Of a stretch of DNA of 64,000 nt, positions 41,271-50,905 are shown one piece after another; the first letter of the stretch is position 1, and every line of letters begins with the position of its first letter. The DNA is from an uncultured Acidobacteriota bacterium. GTDB lineage: Bacteria; Acidobacteriota; Vicinamibacteria; Vicinamibacterales; UBA2999. The position numbers were made by a program, and so were the translations under genes. The stretch is taken from the NCBI GenBank assembly GCA_963724485.1, contig CAVRUW010000008.1, positions 78,931 to 142,930 on the forward strand, given 5' to 3'. The notes under the pieces were generated by a model that did no database searches, had not been told where the DNA came from, and saw only the letters and a list, made by a program, of their open reading frames with translations.

Positions 41271-43710
41271 TTGAACGATTTCCGTCTCGCGATTCGGGCC
41301 CTTCGCGTTGCTCCCCTCGTGTCGGCGGCAGCCATCGTCTCCCTTGCTATTGGCATGGGTGCAAACACGACCGTGTTCTCGGTCATCAACGCGATTCTCC
41401 TGAAGCCGGCTCCTTATCCTGAACCCGATCGCCTCGTTCTGTTGGGGTACACCTTTTCCGGAACATCCGTTGCTCTCGTGTCAGAAACGAAACTGAACGT
41501 CTGGAGAGATCAGACGACCGCCTGGCAAGACATTGCAGCGTTGCGCGTGCGCGACGTGAACGTGAGTGACGGCGGCCGTGCCGAACAAGTACTGGCGCTC
41601 CAAACCAAGGCCGACTTCTTCGCCGTGTTTGATGCCCGGACGGCTCTCGGACGCACCTTCACGCCTGCGGAGGATCAACCTGGCGGCGACCGTGTTGTGG
41701 TCCTGAGCGACGGCTTCTGGAAGCGGCGATTCGGCTCGGATCCTCGCATCGTTGGGACCCAGTTGCGCGTCGACGGTTCGATCGTCACGGTCGTCGGAGT
41801 TATGGACGCGAGCGTCGATACCTCCATTTTCAACGTCACTCCGGATCTGTGGATCCCGCTGCAGCTCGATTCGAACAGCACGAGCCATGGACCGTCGCTT
41901 ATCGCCGCCGGCCGACTCAGGCCAGGCGTGTCGGCGGCGCTCGCGCAGGCCCGTGCGCGCCCGACCGCCGAAGCATTTCGTCGACAGTATCCGCAAGTGA
42001 TCGGACCTGACGACACGTTTACTATTGCACCCTTTCACGACGCGCTCGTTCAGAGCACCCGGTCGTCGTTGCTAGTCCTGGCGGGTGCCGTCGCCTTTGT
42101 CCTGTTGATCGCATGTGCCAACGTCGCGAACTTGGTGTTGATCCGCGGGTCGGTCCGGCAGCGAGAATTCACGATTCGCGCAGCGGTGGGCGCCAGCCGA
42201 TGGCAGATCGTTCGTCAACTCCTCACCGAAAGTCTGGTGCTCACGTCGCTCGGAGGCGGTCTTGGCTTGATCCTCGCCGCGATCGGCACACGAGTTCTCT
42301 TGGCGATGAATCCTACCAGCCTGCCTCGCATTGGAGCGGAGGCCAGCGGCGTTACCCTGGACTGGCGCGTGTTGTCGTTTGCGCTTGCGGTCTCGGTGGC
42401 GACCGCGCTCCTCTGTGGTCTGTGGCCCGCCTTGCACGTGTCACACGACGATTTGAGCGTGCCGCTCCGCGGGAGTGCCGGACGCGCCGGATCGACTGCG
42501 CGAGAGCGACACGTGCGGTCATTGCTGGTGGTCGGTGAGTTGGCCCTCGCGTTGGTGCTGTTGGTGGGTGCCACGCTGCTGATCCGCACGTTCGCGGCGC
42601 TGCATCAGGTTGATCGCGGCCTCGATCTTCATCAAGTGCTGACGCTGCGCGTGGCGCTCACGGATCCCCGTTTCGCGACCACGAAGACGGTCGCGGAGAT
42701 TGTGCGGACGGGGGTGCAGCGTGTCACGGCGATTCCAGGTGTCATTCATGCGGCGGCCACACGTACGTTGCCGCTGGAGTCCGACTGGCGCACGAGCATT
42801 CGCGTCGTCGGCCGGCCGGCGGATTCGTCGCCGCTCATGACCAGCTACCGCATCATCTCGCCAGGATACTTCGACGTCCTCAACATTCCCGTCCTGCGGG
42901 GCCGTGATCTAACAGATCGCGACGGAACGGGAGCGCCGCCAGTCGCCATCATCAATCAAGAGATGGCACGCCGATATTGGCCCGGCGCCGACCCGCTCAA
43001 CGACCGGCTCATTGCCTTCCCTGGTCACGTTCCGGACGAAGAGCCGGCTCGACAGATCGTGGGTCTCGTCGCCGATGTCCGTGACGGGATGCCTCTCGAC
43101 CAGGAACAACAGCCGATCGTGTACGTCCCGTTGGCGCAGCTGCTTGATCGGGAGAGCGCCACCCAGGCAGGCTCGTTGGCTTGGGTGGTTCGCACGCGCG
43201 CTGAACCCGGCGCGCTCGCGCGCATCATCGAGCGTGAGATCTCAGCGGCGAGCGGCGGCGCGCCAATCTCGAGTGTGAGATCGATGGACGAGATTGCCGG
43301 TACGTGCGATCGCACCAACCACCTTCAGCATGACCGTGCTCATCGTCTTCGGCGCCTGTGCCCTGCTCCTTGCCGCGGTCGGGATGTACGGCGTGATGGC
43401 GTATGCGGTTCAGCAGCGCACGTACGAGATTGGTGTCCGCCTCGCGTTGGGAGCTGGATTCCATCAGGTCCGCAACATGGTCCTGCTGGATGGCCTGAAG
43501 CTCGCATCCTGCGGTGTGGTGCTTGGCTGCGTAACTGCTGCCGCGCTGACCGGAACGCTGAGAGCCTATCTGTTTGACGTCCGTGCTCATGATGTTCTGA
43601 CGTTCATCCTGGCCCCAGCGTTGCTCGGCATGGTTGCCTTTATGGCCGTGTGGATTCCTGCTCGCCGAGCGTCGCGAGTCGATCCCGCGCAGGTCTTGAG
43701 AGGGCTATAA
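41271..43710 (+). pseudogene. ADOP-type duplicated permease, frame broken at 43299-43302
   Basis: AGGAGG-tgac-TTG start at 41271. LNDFRLAIRALRVAPLVSAAAIVSLAIGMGANTTVFSVINAILLKPAPYPEPDRLV... runs to ...SVRSMDEIAG. Then ORF 43294.. gives RAIAPTTFSMTVLIVFG...WIPARRASRVDPAQVLRGL*. Confidence 0.85.
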
Positions 43711-43711
43711 A

Positions 43712-43740
43712 ACTCTCGAAAAGTCGCCAGGTGGTGGCGA
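43712..43740 (-). terminator. Possible terminator of the minus-strand VWA gene
   Basis: TCGCCA-ccacc-TGGCGA (minus sense) followed by CTTTTC. The stem is only 6 bp. Confidence 0.3.
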
Positions 43741-43786
43741 TGACCTCGCTTCGTCAGAGGTGAGGCTGATGTGTGGCGGAGCGGGG

Positions 43787-44650
43787 CTAGGAGCCGGCGA
43801 GATAACCGGGCCGCGCCTTCACGATCGCGCGGCGATTCCTGACGCGCACATCGAGGCGATGCCACCCAGTAGTTGTGACACCGCGCGGCGAGTAACTCAC
43901 GAGATAGCGATGTCGAAACTCGTCAAGAATGTGCAGGAACGTCGATCGAAGATCGCCGGACGACACGATCTGAATCAGGGAACCGCCGGTGAAGGCGCTG
44001 AGGTCGCGGAGGAACGGCGATGCACCACCCGCGGTCGTAACCCCGTAGACGACGATGTTGGCGCGCTTCGCCACATCGAGGACGGCGGCGGACGTCAGCC
44101 AACTGGCCGTGTCGAGACCGTCGGAGAAGATCAGCTGAAGCGCACGGCTTGTCTCTGACTCACCCAGGATCATCGCGGCGTACGCGCCGTCGACGAGTGC
44201 CGTCTGCCCATTCCCCTGTGCGAGATCGAGCGCGGACCGAACGGCCGCGACGTCCTTCGTCAGCGGCGTGCCGAGCGAAACGGCGTGGTTGAACGTGACG
44301 AGCGCCGCGCGGTCCTCGCCCGCCAGACCGCCAAGCACAGCGTAGCTCGCCGAACGCAGATGGTCTAAGCGTTCGCCCGCCACGCTATCGCTCATGTCGA
44401 GGGCGAGCACGACGTCGAGCGGCACTTGCTCGAAGCTCACGAATTCGACATCCTGCCGGACGCCGTTGTCGAACACGTCGAAGTCAGCCGGCCCGAGTCC
44501 GGGCACCGGCTGTCCGTTCTCGGTCACGAGCGCGTCGACGCGCACCGATTCCACCCGCGCCGAGAACGTCGGCCGCTGGCTGCGCTCGGTCGCCCCTAGA
44601 ACCGCGGCAGCAATCACAAACACCATCGCAATAGCGCACTCTCTCGTCAC
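43787..44650 (-). CDS. VWA-domain protein (acidobacterial VWFA-related family)
   Basis: FSARVESVRVDALVTENGQPVPGLGPADFDVFDNGVRQDVEFVSF...VVLALDMSDSV...GQTALVDG...IFSDGLDTAS...RHRYLVSYSP. The GTG start at 44650 overlaps the upstream stop (GTGA). Confidence 0.85.
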   Translation of the reverse strand: MTRECAIAMVFVIAAAVLGATERSQRPTFSARVESVRVDALVTENGQPVPGLGPADFDVFDNGVRQDVEFVSFEQVPLDVVLALDMSDSVAGERLDHLRSASYAVLGGLAGEDRAALVTFNHAVSLGTPLTKDVAAVRSALDLAQGNGQTALVDGAYAAMILGESETSRALQLIFSDGLDTASWLTSAAVLDVAKRANIVVYGVTTAGGASPFLRDLSAFTGGSLIQIVSSGDLRSTFLHILDEFRHRYLVSYSPRGVTTTGWHRLDVRVRNRRAIVKARPGYLAGS

Positions 44651-46125
44651 TGCCGTGCCCGCTTGAACGGACGTCTCAACTCGTCCAGCCAGTCTTCCGC
44701 GTTTCTCGCGCCCACCACGAAGTAGGACCACCACGGATCGTTGCGCGCGGGATCCGTGGAGAGATCAAACATCTCCTGCGTCGCGCGCAGCGCGCCGGCG
44801 CGGTCGCCCGTGCGACGGGCGAGCTGACTCAGCGCGAGGTATGGCGACTGCGCCCGCGGGTACCCCTGCCTCGCACGCCCATACGCGGCACGGGCCGCCT
44901 CGAACCGGCCGAGCGCTTCCTCTTCCGCGCCGAGGAACAGGTCGCTGTAGTATCGCTGCTCGGCATCCGCGAGCGATTCGGACGCCGCGCGCAGCTCCGA
45001 TGCGGCGTCGGCATGCCGATCAAGCAGCCCGAGTGACCGCCCCAGACGAAGCCTCGCTTCCGCGTGTGCCGGGTCCCGCGAGAGCGCACCGCGAAAGAAC
45101 GACTCCGCGCGACGAAGCTCCAGGCGCGCGGAGTCGACGTCGATCAAAAACCCCGGCGGCAGGATCGCCGTCTGCACGGCGCTCTGAATCAGCGGACGCG
45201 CGTAGGCTTCATGCTGGCAGCCACTCAGGAACAGGATGTCCCGATCGTTCGGGAAGATCTCACGTGCGCGATCGATGTGCTTCGTGTCGTGATTTTCGGT
45301 CAGGATCATCCAGGCCGACGTGGCACGATACCAGTCGTGGACCATCCGATCGCGCTCGGGGTGGGGCATTCGCTCGTGTGGCGTGCGCACGGCGTCGAGT
45401 AACTTGCGTCCGATGTCCCAGTGGACACCCACGAGCTGTACGTCACGGTCGATGCCGTCCGACGTGGTGACGCGCACGGACTGGGGACCAATCGTCCGCA
45501 CCGCTGCATGCGCGGATGCGGGCTCTGCAGCGGCGGACGGCGCCAGCATCGCGACATCGGCGTGCAGCAGAGCGGCGCGCCGAAGGATGTAGTTGTCTTC
45601 GTCACCCGCGTCCCGGCTGGTGGCGCCGTGCTCCGCAAGGCGAGTGGCCCGTTCGTCCAACGCGCGCCTCGCCTCGAACGCGACACAATCCCGATCGTCG
45701 AGCAGGCCGGCCGCGGCGCAGGCCAACACCCTCATCCGTCGCAGGTCCGCCGGCTTGTAGATGATCCGGGTCCGAACAGGCAGTGGGCCGGTAGTGGCCC
45801 GGAACACCGTAGTCTTTCGGGTGCGCATCAAGGCGACGAGCGACTGTGCATCCACCCACAGATCTCGGAGGGCGGTCTCGGAGAACCGGCCGATCTCGAT
45901 CGCCGCGTCGTCGATCTCGCCGGGCTCGTGCTGATCGACCGCCTTCACCCAGCGCTCAAGACGATCGACGCGATCCGTCGACACGATGATCTCACGCTGC
46001 GGGGGAAGCGCCCTCTTGCGGCCGACCGCCACCTGCCCCACGACGACGGGAACCGCGAGAGGGATGAGGAGCAGGGCAAAGCCGGCGCGCCCCATGACAG
46101 GGCGCATGCTACCACTCGCGTTCAT
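44647..46125 (-). CDS. Hypothetical membrane-anchored protein with a TPR-like C-terminal region
   Basis: GGAGAGG RBS before the ATG at 46125. One TM helix (FALLLIPLAVPVVVG). The C-terminal part is ...AHAEARLRLGRSLGLLDRHADAASELRAA...RFEAARAAYGRA...SPYLALSQLARRTGD. Confidence 0.7.
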   Translation of the reverse strand: MNASGSMRPVMGRAGFALLLIPLAVPVVVGQVAVGRKRALPPQREIIVSTDRVDRLERWVKAVDQHEPGEIDDAAIEIGRFSETALRDLWVDAQSLVALMRTRKTTVFRATTGPLPVRTRIIYKPADLRRMRVLACAAAGLLDDRDCVAFEARRALDERATRLAEHGATSRDAGDEDNYILRRAALLHADVAMLAPSAAAEPASAHAAVRTIGPQSVRVTTSDGIDRDVQLVGVHWDIGRKLLDAVRTPHERMPHPERDRMVHDWYRATSAWMILTENHDTKHIDRAREIFPNDRDILFLSGCQHEAYARPLIQSAVQTAILPPGFLIDVDSARLELRRAESFFRGALSRDPAHAEARLRLGRSLGLLDRHADAASELRAASESLADAEQRYYSDLFLGAEEEALGRFEAARAAYGRARQGYPRAQSPYLALSQLARRTGDRAGALRATQEMFDLSTDPARNDPWWSYFVVGARNAEDWLDELRRPFKRARQ

Positions 46126-46465
46126 CGCCTCTCCACGCTTCGGGTGATCGCGTTCGCTCAGGCTGCAGCGACCAATGGGAAACCCAGGCTGGTGGCCTTT
46201 TGCTGTGTGCAATTCAGCATAGCGAGCGAACTGGCACGGCGCTACATTCGCGGGCGCTCTCTCTATCCCGGTCGCTCCAGGAGTCTCAACCGATGCGCTA
46301 CCTCGTCCTCGGCGTATGTGTCATTACGACAGCCTGCGCCGGCGAAATCCCAGACTCCCAAGGGTTTGCATCCGGCGAGTGTCGCAGCGACGTGGTCGCG
46401 ACGCACTGACTCATCGCCCAGGCCATTGCAAGCCGCGGGGTCAGAACTCTCCACTGAGGACCAAA

Positions 46466-47006
46466 ATGCGGCAAGTTGCCCTCGTAGTGATGATTGCGGC
46501 AGTAGCGCTGACCGCTTTGACCGCCGGCTGTGACAACAGCGACCGGCCCCCGCGCCGACCTCGCGGGCACGTACACGCTATTGATCAGCGCTGCCGATCA
46601 ATGCCGCGACAGGCTCCCGCAAGAGGCATGGACGAGACGCTATGACGCGAGGGTTACGCAGTCGGGACCTCTCCTTGACGTGTCGCTGAGCGGTGGAACT
46701 TTCGTGGTGGACGCCGTCGGAAAAGGGGACGGTTTCCGAGGCCGCATCGAGCCGGGCCGGGTGCTGTTCACGCTCGATTACGGGGATTTCGACTACTACC
46801 GGATTTGGCCTGACATCGTCGAAGAGATCAACCCTTCGCTGTACTTTGGCGTGTGGGGAGCGGTTTCTGCCGCTGTGACACCGGGCAACCTCTCCGGCAA
46901 TCTGAGCGGCACCTTCTTCACCGTCATCAGGGACCCGCGCAATTCAAATCCGGCGCCGACTTCTTCCTGCAACTCGGCGCTTCATCAATTCGTGCTTCAG
47001 CGATGA
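46466..47006 (+). pseudogene. Lipoprotein (LTAGC lipobox), frame broken in a C5 run at 46548-46552
   Basis: GAGGA RBS. MRQVALVVMIAAVALTALTAGCDNSD, then ORF 46530.. continues GPRADLAGTYTLLISAADQC... Confidence 0.65.
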
Positions 47007-47345
47007 CGAAATCAGTGCTGCTCTCAATCGTCGTCCTGGTCCTTGGCGGGTCGGGCTGCAAATCCACGCCACCGCCGGCACCAGTAGGCGTCCTTCTGAT
47101 CACGCTCGACACGACTCGTGCGGACCGATTGTCGCCCTACGGATTCATGGATGTCTCCATGCCTCACCTCGAGCGGCTCGCGCGCGAGTGCTGTCATCGA
47201 AGCGCCGGCGGACGGTGTGGCGATGGCGCTTCAACAGCGACTCTCCGCGCTTGGCTATGTCGGAAAGGGCCCGACACGAGACTCACCGCCGCGCACCAAG
47301 CTCGGCGACCCCAAAGATTTCGTCAAGCACCGCGCACTACCCTGA
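47003..47345 (+). pseudogene. Ghost of a sulfatase-family gene: N-terminal ~60 aa plus a short post-domain linker
   Basis: MTKSVLLSIVVLVLGGSGCKST...VLLITLDTTRADRLSPYGFMDVSMPHLERLARE, then another frame reads ...LQQRLSALGYVGKGPTRD...LGDPKDFVKHRALP*. The ~350-aa catalytic domain is missing. Confidence 0.5.
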
Positions 47346-47486
47346 GCCAGAATCGTCATCGTCGCGTGCTGCGATGAACCTGCGGATTTGGTACGCGTGC
47401 TAAGGGGCAAAAGGCACATCCGGCACCTACGTCCTACTCCCCCAGCTTCATGAGCACCAGGGCTTGCATGAGAGAGTAGTGTCGGC

Positions 47487-48035
47487 ATGCAGGACGTCGA
47501 GAAAACCCTGGGCAGCATCACCATGGCGCCGTATATCGTCAAGGCGATGGCGTTGATCGGGGTGAAGCGCCGCGCCGGCAGCAACATGTTTCGCCACCAG
47601 ATCAGCACGATGGCCATCCTTCTCGACTACAAGATCATCGATCCCGTGCTGCTGAAGGCTGCGGTGATCCACGATCTCTTCGAGGACGCCGCGGGCTTGC
47701 CTGGCGTCTCTCAGCGGGAGATTACGGAAATCGACTCAGACGGCCCAGCGGTCTACGACCTCGTCATGGAGATGACCATTCGTGTCGTCGACGGAGTCAA
47801 GGAACCCAAATCGGAGTACTTGTTGCGCATCATGCGGTACGGCAGCGACCGAGCCAAGATCTTGAAGCTTGCGGATCGCATCAGCAATCTCACCGCGCTG
47901 GGCTTCGTGCACGATGTCGAGTTCGTGAAGAGATACGTTCACGAGACCAGGACGTTCATCCTGCCGCACGCCGAGCGGATCAACCCGGATATGTTCAAGG
48001 AGTTGTCGGATCTCGTTGCCAGTCGTGCGCGGTAG
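47487..48035 (+). CDS. Stand-alone RelA/SpoT-type HD (ppGpp-hydrolase-like) domain protein
   Basis: RHQISTMAILLD...KAAVIHDLFEDA...VYDLVMEMT...SDRAKILKLADRISNLTAL follows the HD_4 pattern (H...HD...ED...KLADRLhN). Confidence 0.7.
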   Translation: MQDVEKTLGSITMAPYIVKAMALIGVKRRAGSNMFRHQISTMAILLDYKIIDPVLLKAAVIHDLFEDAAGLPGVSQREITEIDSDGPAVYDLVMEMTIRVVDGVKEPKSEYLLRIMRYGSDRAKILKLADRISNLTALGFVHDVEFVKRYVHETRTFILPHAERINPDMFKELSDLVASRAR

Positions 48036-48105
48036 GTGGATGACACGTCATTGCGCGTGACTTGAGCCGGACAATCGCATATAAGGCCCGTGGAAGGTGA
48101 CCCCT

Positions 48106-48768
48106 ATGCGGATTTTCCTGCTCTTCACGTTCGGGATCTGGACCGTCGGTGTTTCTCCTGCATTCGCGCAGGATCCTGTGAAGATCGACCCGGCCCACCA
48201 CAAAGTGGAGCTCGAGAACGAAGACGTGCGCGTGCTGCGCATCACATTCAGCCCGGGGGACAAGGCGCCCGTCCACGATCACCCGAACAGCGTCGCGGTG
48301 TTTCTCACTGACGGCGTGAATCGGCTGACTACCGACGGAAAATCCACGGAGACCCCGCAAAAGCGCGGCGACGTCGTACTTGTGAACGCCAGCAAGCATT
48401 CCGTCGAAAACATCGGAAAGACCCGCACCGAAGTGATCCTGGTCGAGCTGAAAAAGCCTGGCTCCGCAACCTACAAAGGGATGTCCCTGGATCCGGTCAA
48501 GGTGAATTCGAAGAATTACTCAGTCGCAGCCGAAAACGAGCACGCCCGGGTGATCCGCATCCGCGCTGCGGCGGGTGACAAGTCCATCGCTCATGAGCAC
48601 CCCTCGAACGTCAGCGTGGAGTTGAGCGATTCCGGAACCCAGAAGCCAGGCACCGTCCAGTGGCATCCGGGACCGGAAAAACATGGCGGCGACCCAAGCA
48701 CTACGCCGGCAGCACTCGACGTAATTGTCGTCGAGCTCAAGTCGGGCGCCGGAGCGGTGAAAAAATAA
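48106..48768 (+). CDS. Secreted bicupin-like protein
   Basis: A signal peptide, then two similar halves (FSPGDKAPVHDHPNSVAVFLTDG / AAGDKSIAHEHPSNVSVELSD). GGAAGG RBS. An alternative GTG start is 48097. Confidence 0.65.
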   Translation: MRIFLLFTFGIWTVGVSPAFAQDPVKIDPAHHKVELENEDVRVLRITFSPGDKAPVHDHPNSVAVFLTDGVNRLTTDGKSTETPQKRGDVVLVNASKHSVENIGKTRTEVILVELKKPGSATYKGMSLDPVKVNSKNYSVAAENEHARVIRIRAAAGDKSIAHEHPSNVSVELSDSGTQKPGTVQWHPGPEKHGGDPSTTPAALDVIVVELKSGAGAVKK

Positions 48769-48772
48769 GTGC

Positions 48773-49768
48773 TTACCATGCGCCGAGCCGATTGATGACA
48801 GCGATGGCGGCGACGCTGACCACGAGACCAGTCATGGTGGCGAGCGCCATCGCTCGAGTCACGTCGCTTGCCGTTTCAAGAATCGGATCGCGTGGATCGC
48901 CAATCCAGAGATCCGTCACCTGCCGTCCCCCGAGCCAGATTGGGCCAACGATTCGGCGCTGCACCGCGCCAGCGATCGCCGCCTCGCTCCACCCTGAATT
49001 CGGGCCAAGCAACAGCGCATGCTGACGAAGGCCCACTAGCCACGCCTTTCGGCCGGAACAGGTCGGGAGCAGCGTGGCGAGGCCGGCAATCACCAGCCAT
49101 GTCAGTCTCGCTGGAACGAAATTCATCACGTCGTCGAGCCTGGCACCGCACCATCCGAATCGCAGGTAGCGCGGCGTTTTGTAACCCACCATCGAGTCCA
49201 TCGTGCTCACGACCTTGAAGAGCACGAGACCTGGAATCCCCGCGAGCACATACCAGAACACCGGGCTCACGAATCCATCGGTGAGGTTCTCGCCGAGACT
49301 CTCCACCGCGGCACGCCGGCAGGCGCCGGCATCCATGCGATCGGTATCACGACCGACGAGCGCGCTCACGGCTACACGCGCGCGTGGCAGGTCGCCCGCA
49401 CGGACGGCGCGCTCGATCTTCCACACGTGGTGAAGCAAGTCACCGAGCGCAAGGAGGCTGTAAAGCACAAATACGTGAGCCACCCAGCCAAGGGTGGGCG
49501 AGACCGCGGCCGCAACGGCGATCGATCCGGTAATCGCGGCGACTGACGCGGCCGACAAACCGACGAACAACAGCACACCGCCGGCGTATCCATCCAAGCC
49601 GGCCGCGCGCAGCTTGTCCTCCATCCACGTCAGCACGCGTCCGACAAGCCGAACGGGATGCCATGCGTAGCTCGGGTCGCCGATCGCGAGATCGACGAGG
49701 GCCGCAACGCCGAGCAGGTACGGGTCAGGGCCGATCGCCGCAGCGAAGCCGCTTAGAGATGTCGCCAC
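48773..49768 (-). CDS. cbiB: Adenosylcobinamide-phosphate synthase CbiB/CobD
   Basis: LVDLAIGDPSYAWHPVRLVG...ALVGRDTDRMD...ESLGENLTDGFVSPVFWY...KVVSTMDSMVGYK...GW.ARLDDV.NFVPARL. The GTG start at 49768 is inferred. Confidence 0.85.
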   Translation of the reverse strand: MATSLSGFAAAIGPDPYLLGVAALVDLAIGDPSYAWHPVRLVGRVLTWMEDKLRAAGLDGYAGGVLLFVGLSAASVAAITGSIAVAAAVSPTLGWVAHVFVLYSLLALGDLLHHVWKIERAVRAGDLPRARVAVSALVGRDTDRMDAGACRRAAVESLGENLTDGFVSPVFWYVLAGIPGLVLFKVVSTMDSMVGYKTPRYLRFGWCGARLDDVMNFVPARLTWLVIAGLATLLPTCSGRKAWLVGLRQHALLLGPNSGWSEAAIAGAVQRRIVGPIWLGGRQVTDLWIGDPRDPILETASDVTRAMALATMTGLVVSVAAIAVINRLGAW

Positions 49769-50874
49769 TTCTCGGTCCAGCCGAGCGCCAATGCGCGCAG
49801 GACCAGGTCCTTCACGTCGCCACTCGCATGCGGCCGCAACCGCCCACGGAACTCGCTCCACCGCTGGATCTGCGCCGCCAGGTTCGCCGCGAGCAGCGCC
49901 GCGTGCTGCGCCATCGCATCCGGAGCCGCCGATTGGGGTACCGTTCCGAATCGCACGCGATCGCAAACCGCGGCCAGCGCGTGCGCCGCCGTCCCGACCA
50001 GTGGCTCGAAGAGGGCGGCCTTGGTGTTCTTCTGCAACAACTCGAGATCGGCATCGCCGAGAAACGGCGCGATGTCCTCGAAGAACGTCGCCTCTTTGAC
50101 GCCGTAGCGGCCCAGGGCGTGGAAGACGCCGCGCGTGTAACTGGCTTCGAGGCCGTTCTGCCATCGCAGCGCTTCCAGCGTCGCCTGTCGCGTCACGAGC
50201 CCCACGAGCTCACCAAGCTTCATGTGCGGGCTCGCGGAGGTCAGCGGCGGGCCATCGATCAACGGCACGGCAATGCAGTACTGATCGGTCCCCGTGCCGG
50301 TCGCGAGATCGACATGACGTTTGCTGGGCACGGCCAGCCGCTGCAAAGCGGCGCTCTTGCCTTCGGTCATCGTTACCACCACGCGGGCTAACGCGGCCGG
50401 CGTCAGGGGGCGGTTGATGAACAACATGGTGTTGATGGTGCCGGCGTAGGCAGGCACCTTCTCGATGCCGGCTTCGGTCTCGCGCCAGGATGCGGGTTCG
50501 CCCGCCGCGGTCGCGTTCCCTTCGACGCCGGCGGTCACGGCGGCCATGACCGCCAGGCCTTCGTCCGTTTCCTGCGCGATTGCCACGTAGTTCATGTTGG
50601 CGGCCGTGCCCATCACCGCTGTCGTCGCCGCGGGCAGCATCGCCTCGGCGCAGGCGCGGTCGTGATACGCATCGAGACCGGCTTCGACCATGAGCCGGTG
50701 TCGCTCGAGATGCGCGGTGCCCTCGCAGCTCTGATGATTGAGCAGATGCTGAAGGTAATCGACCTGCCCGCCATGCCGGACTGACGTGGTCAGCACGCGA
50801 TGCGGACCGCGCAAGTCGGCAGTCAGAAAGCGTCCGGCTCGGCGAAGACCGACCAGGTTGTTGTCGACGAGCAT
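49753..50874 (-). CDS. cbiZ: Adenosylcobinamide amidohydrolase CbiZ-like, with a ~130-aa C-terminal extension
   Basis: ...MAAVTAGVEGNATAAGEP...AGTINTMLFINRPLTPAALARVVVTMTEGKSAALQRL...LATGTGTDQYCIAV. The start is uncertain (ATG 50874 or TTG 50913). Confidence 0.75.
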   Translation of the reverse strand: MLVDNNLVGLRRAGRFLTADLRGPHRVLTTSVRHGGQVDYLQHLLNHQSCEGTAHLERHRLMVEAGLDAYHDRACAEAMLPAATTAVMGTAANMNYVAIAQETDEGLAVMAAVTAGVEGNATAAGEPASWRETEAGIEKVPAYAGTINTMLFINRPLTPAALARVVVTMTEGKSAALQRLAVPSKRHVDLATGTGTDQYCIAVPLIDGPPLTSASPHMKLGELVGLVTRQATLEALRWQNGLEASYTRGVFHALGRYGVKEATFFEDIAPFLGDADLELLQKNTKAALFEPLVGTAAHALAAVCDRVRFGTVPQSAAPDAMAQHAALLAANLAAQIQRWSEFRGRLRPHASGDVKDLVLRALALGWTEKWRHL

Positions 50875-50905
50875 TTCCCACGCGAGTCGCGCATTCTCAT
50901 TGAGG

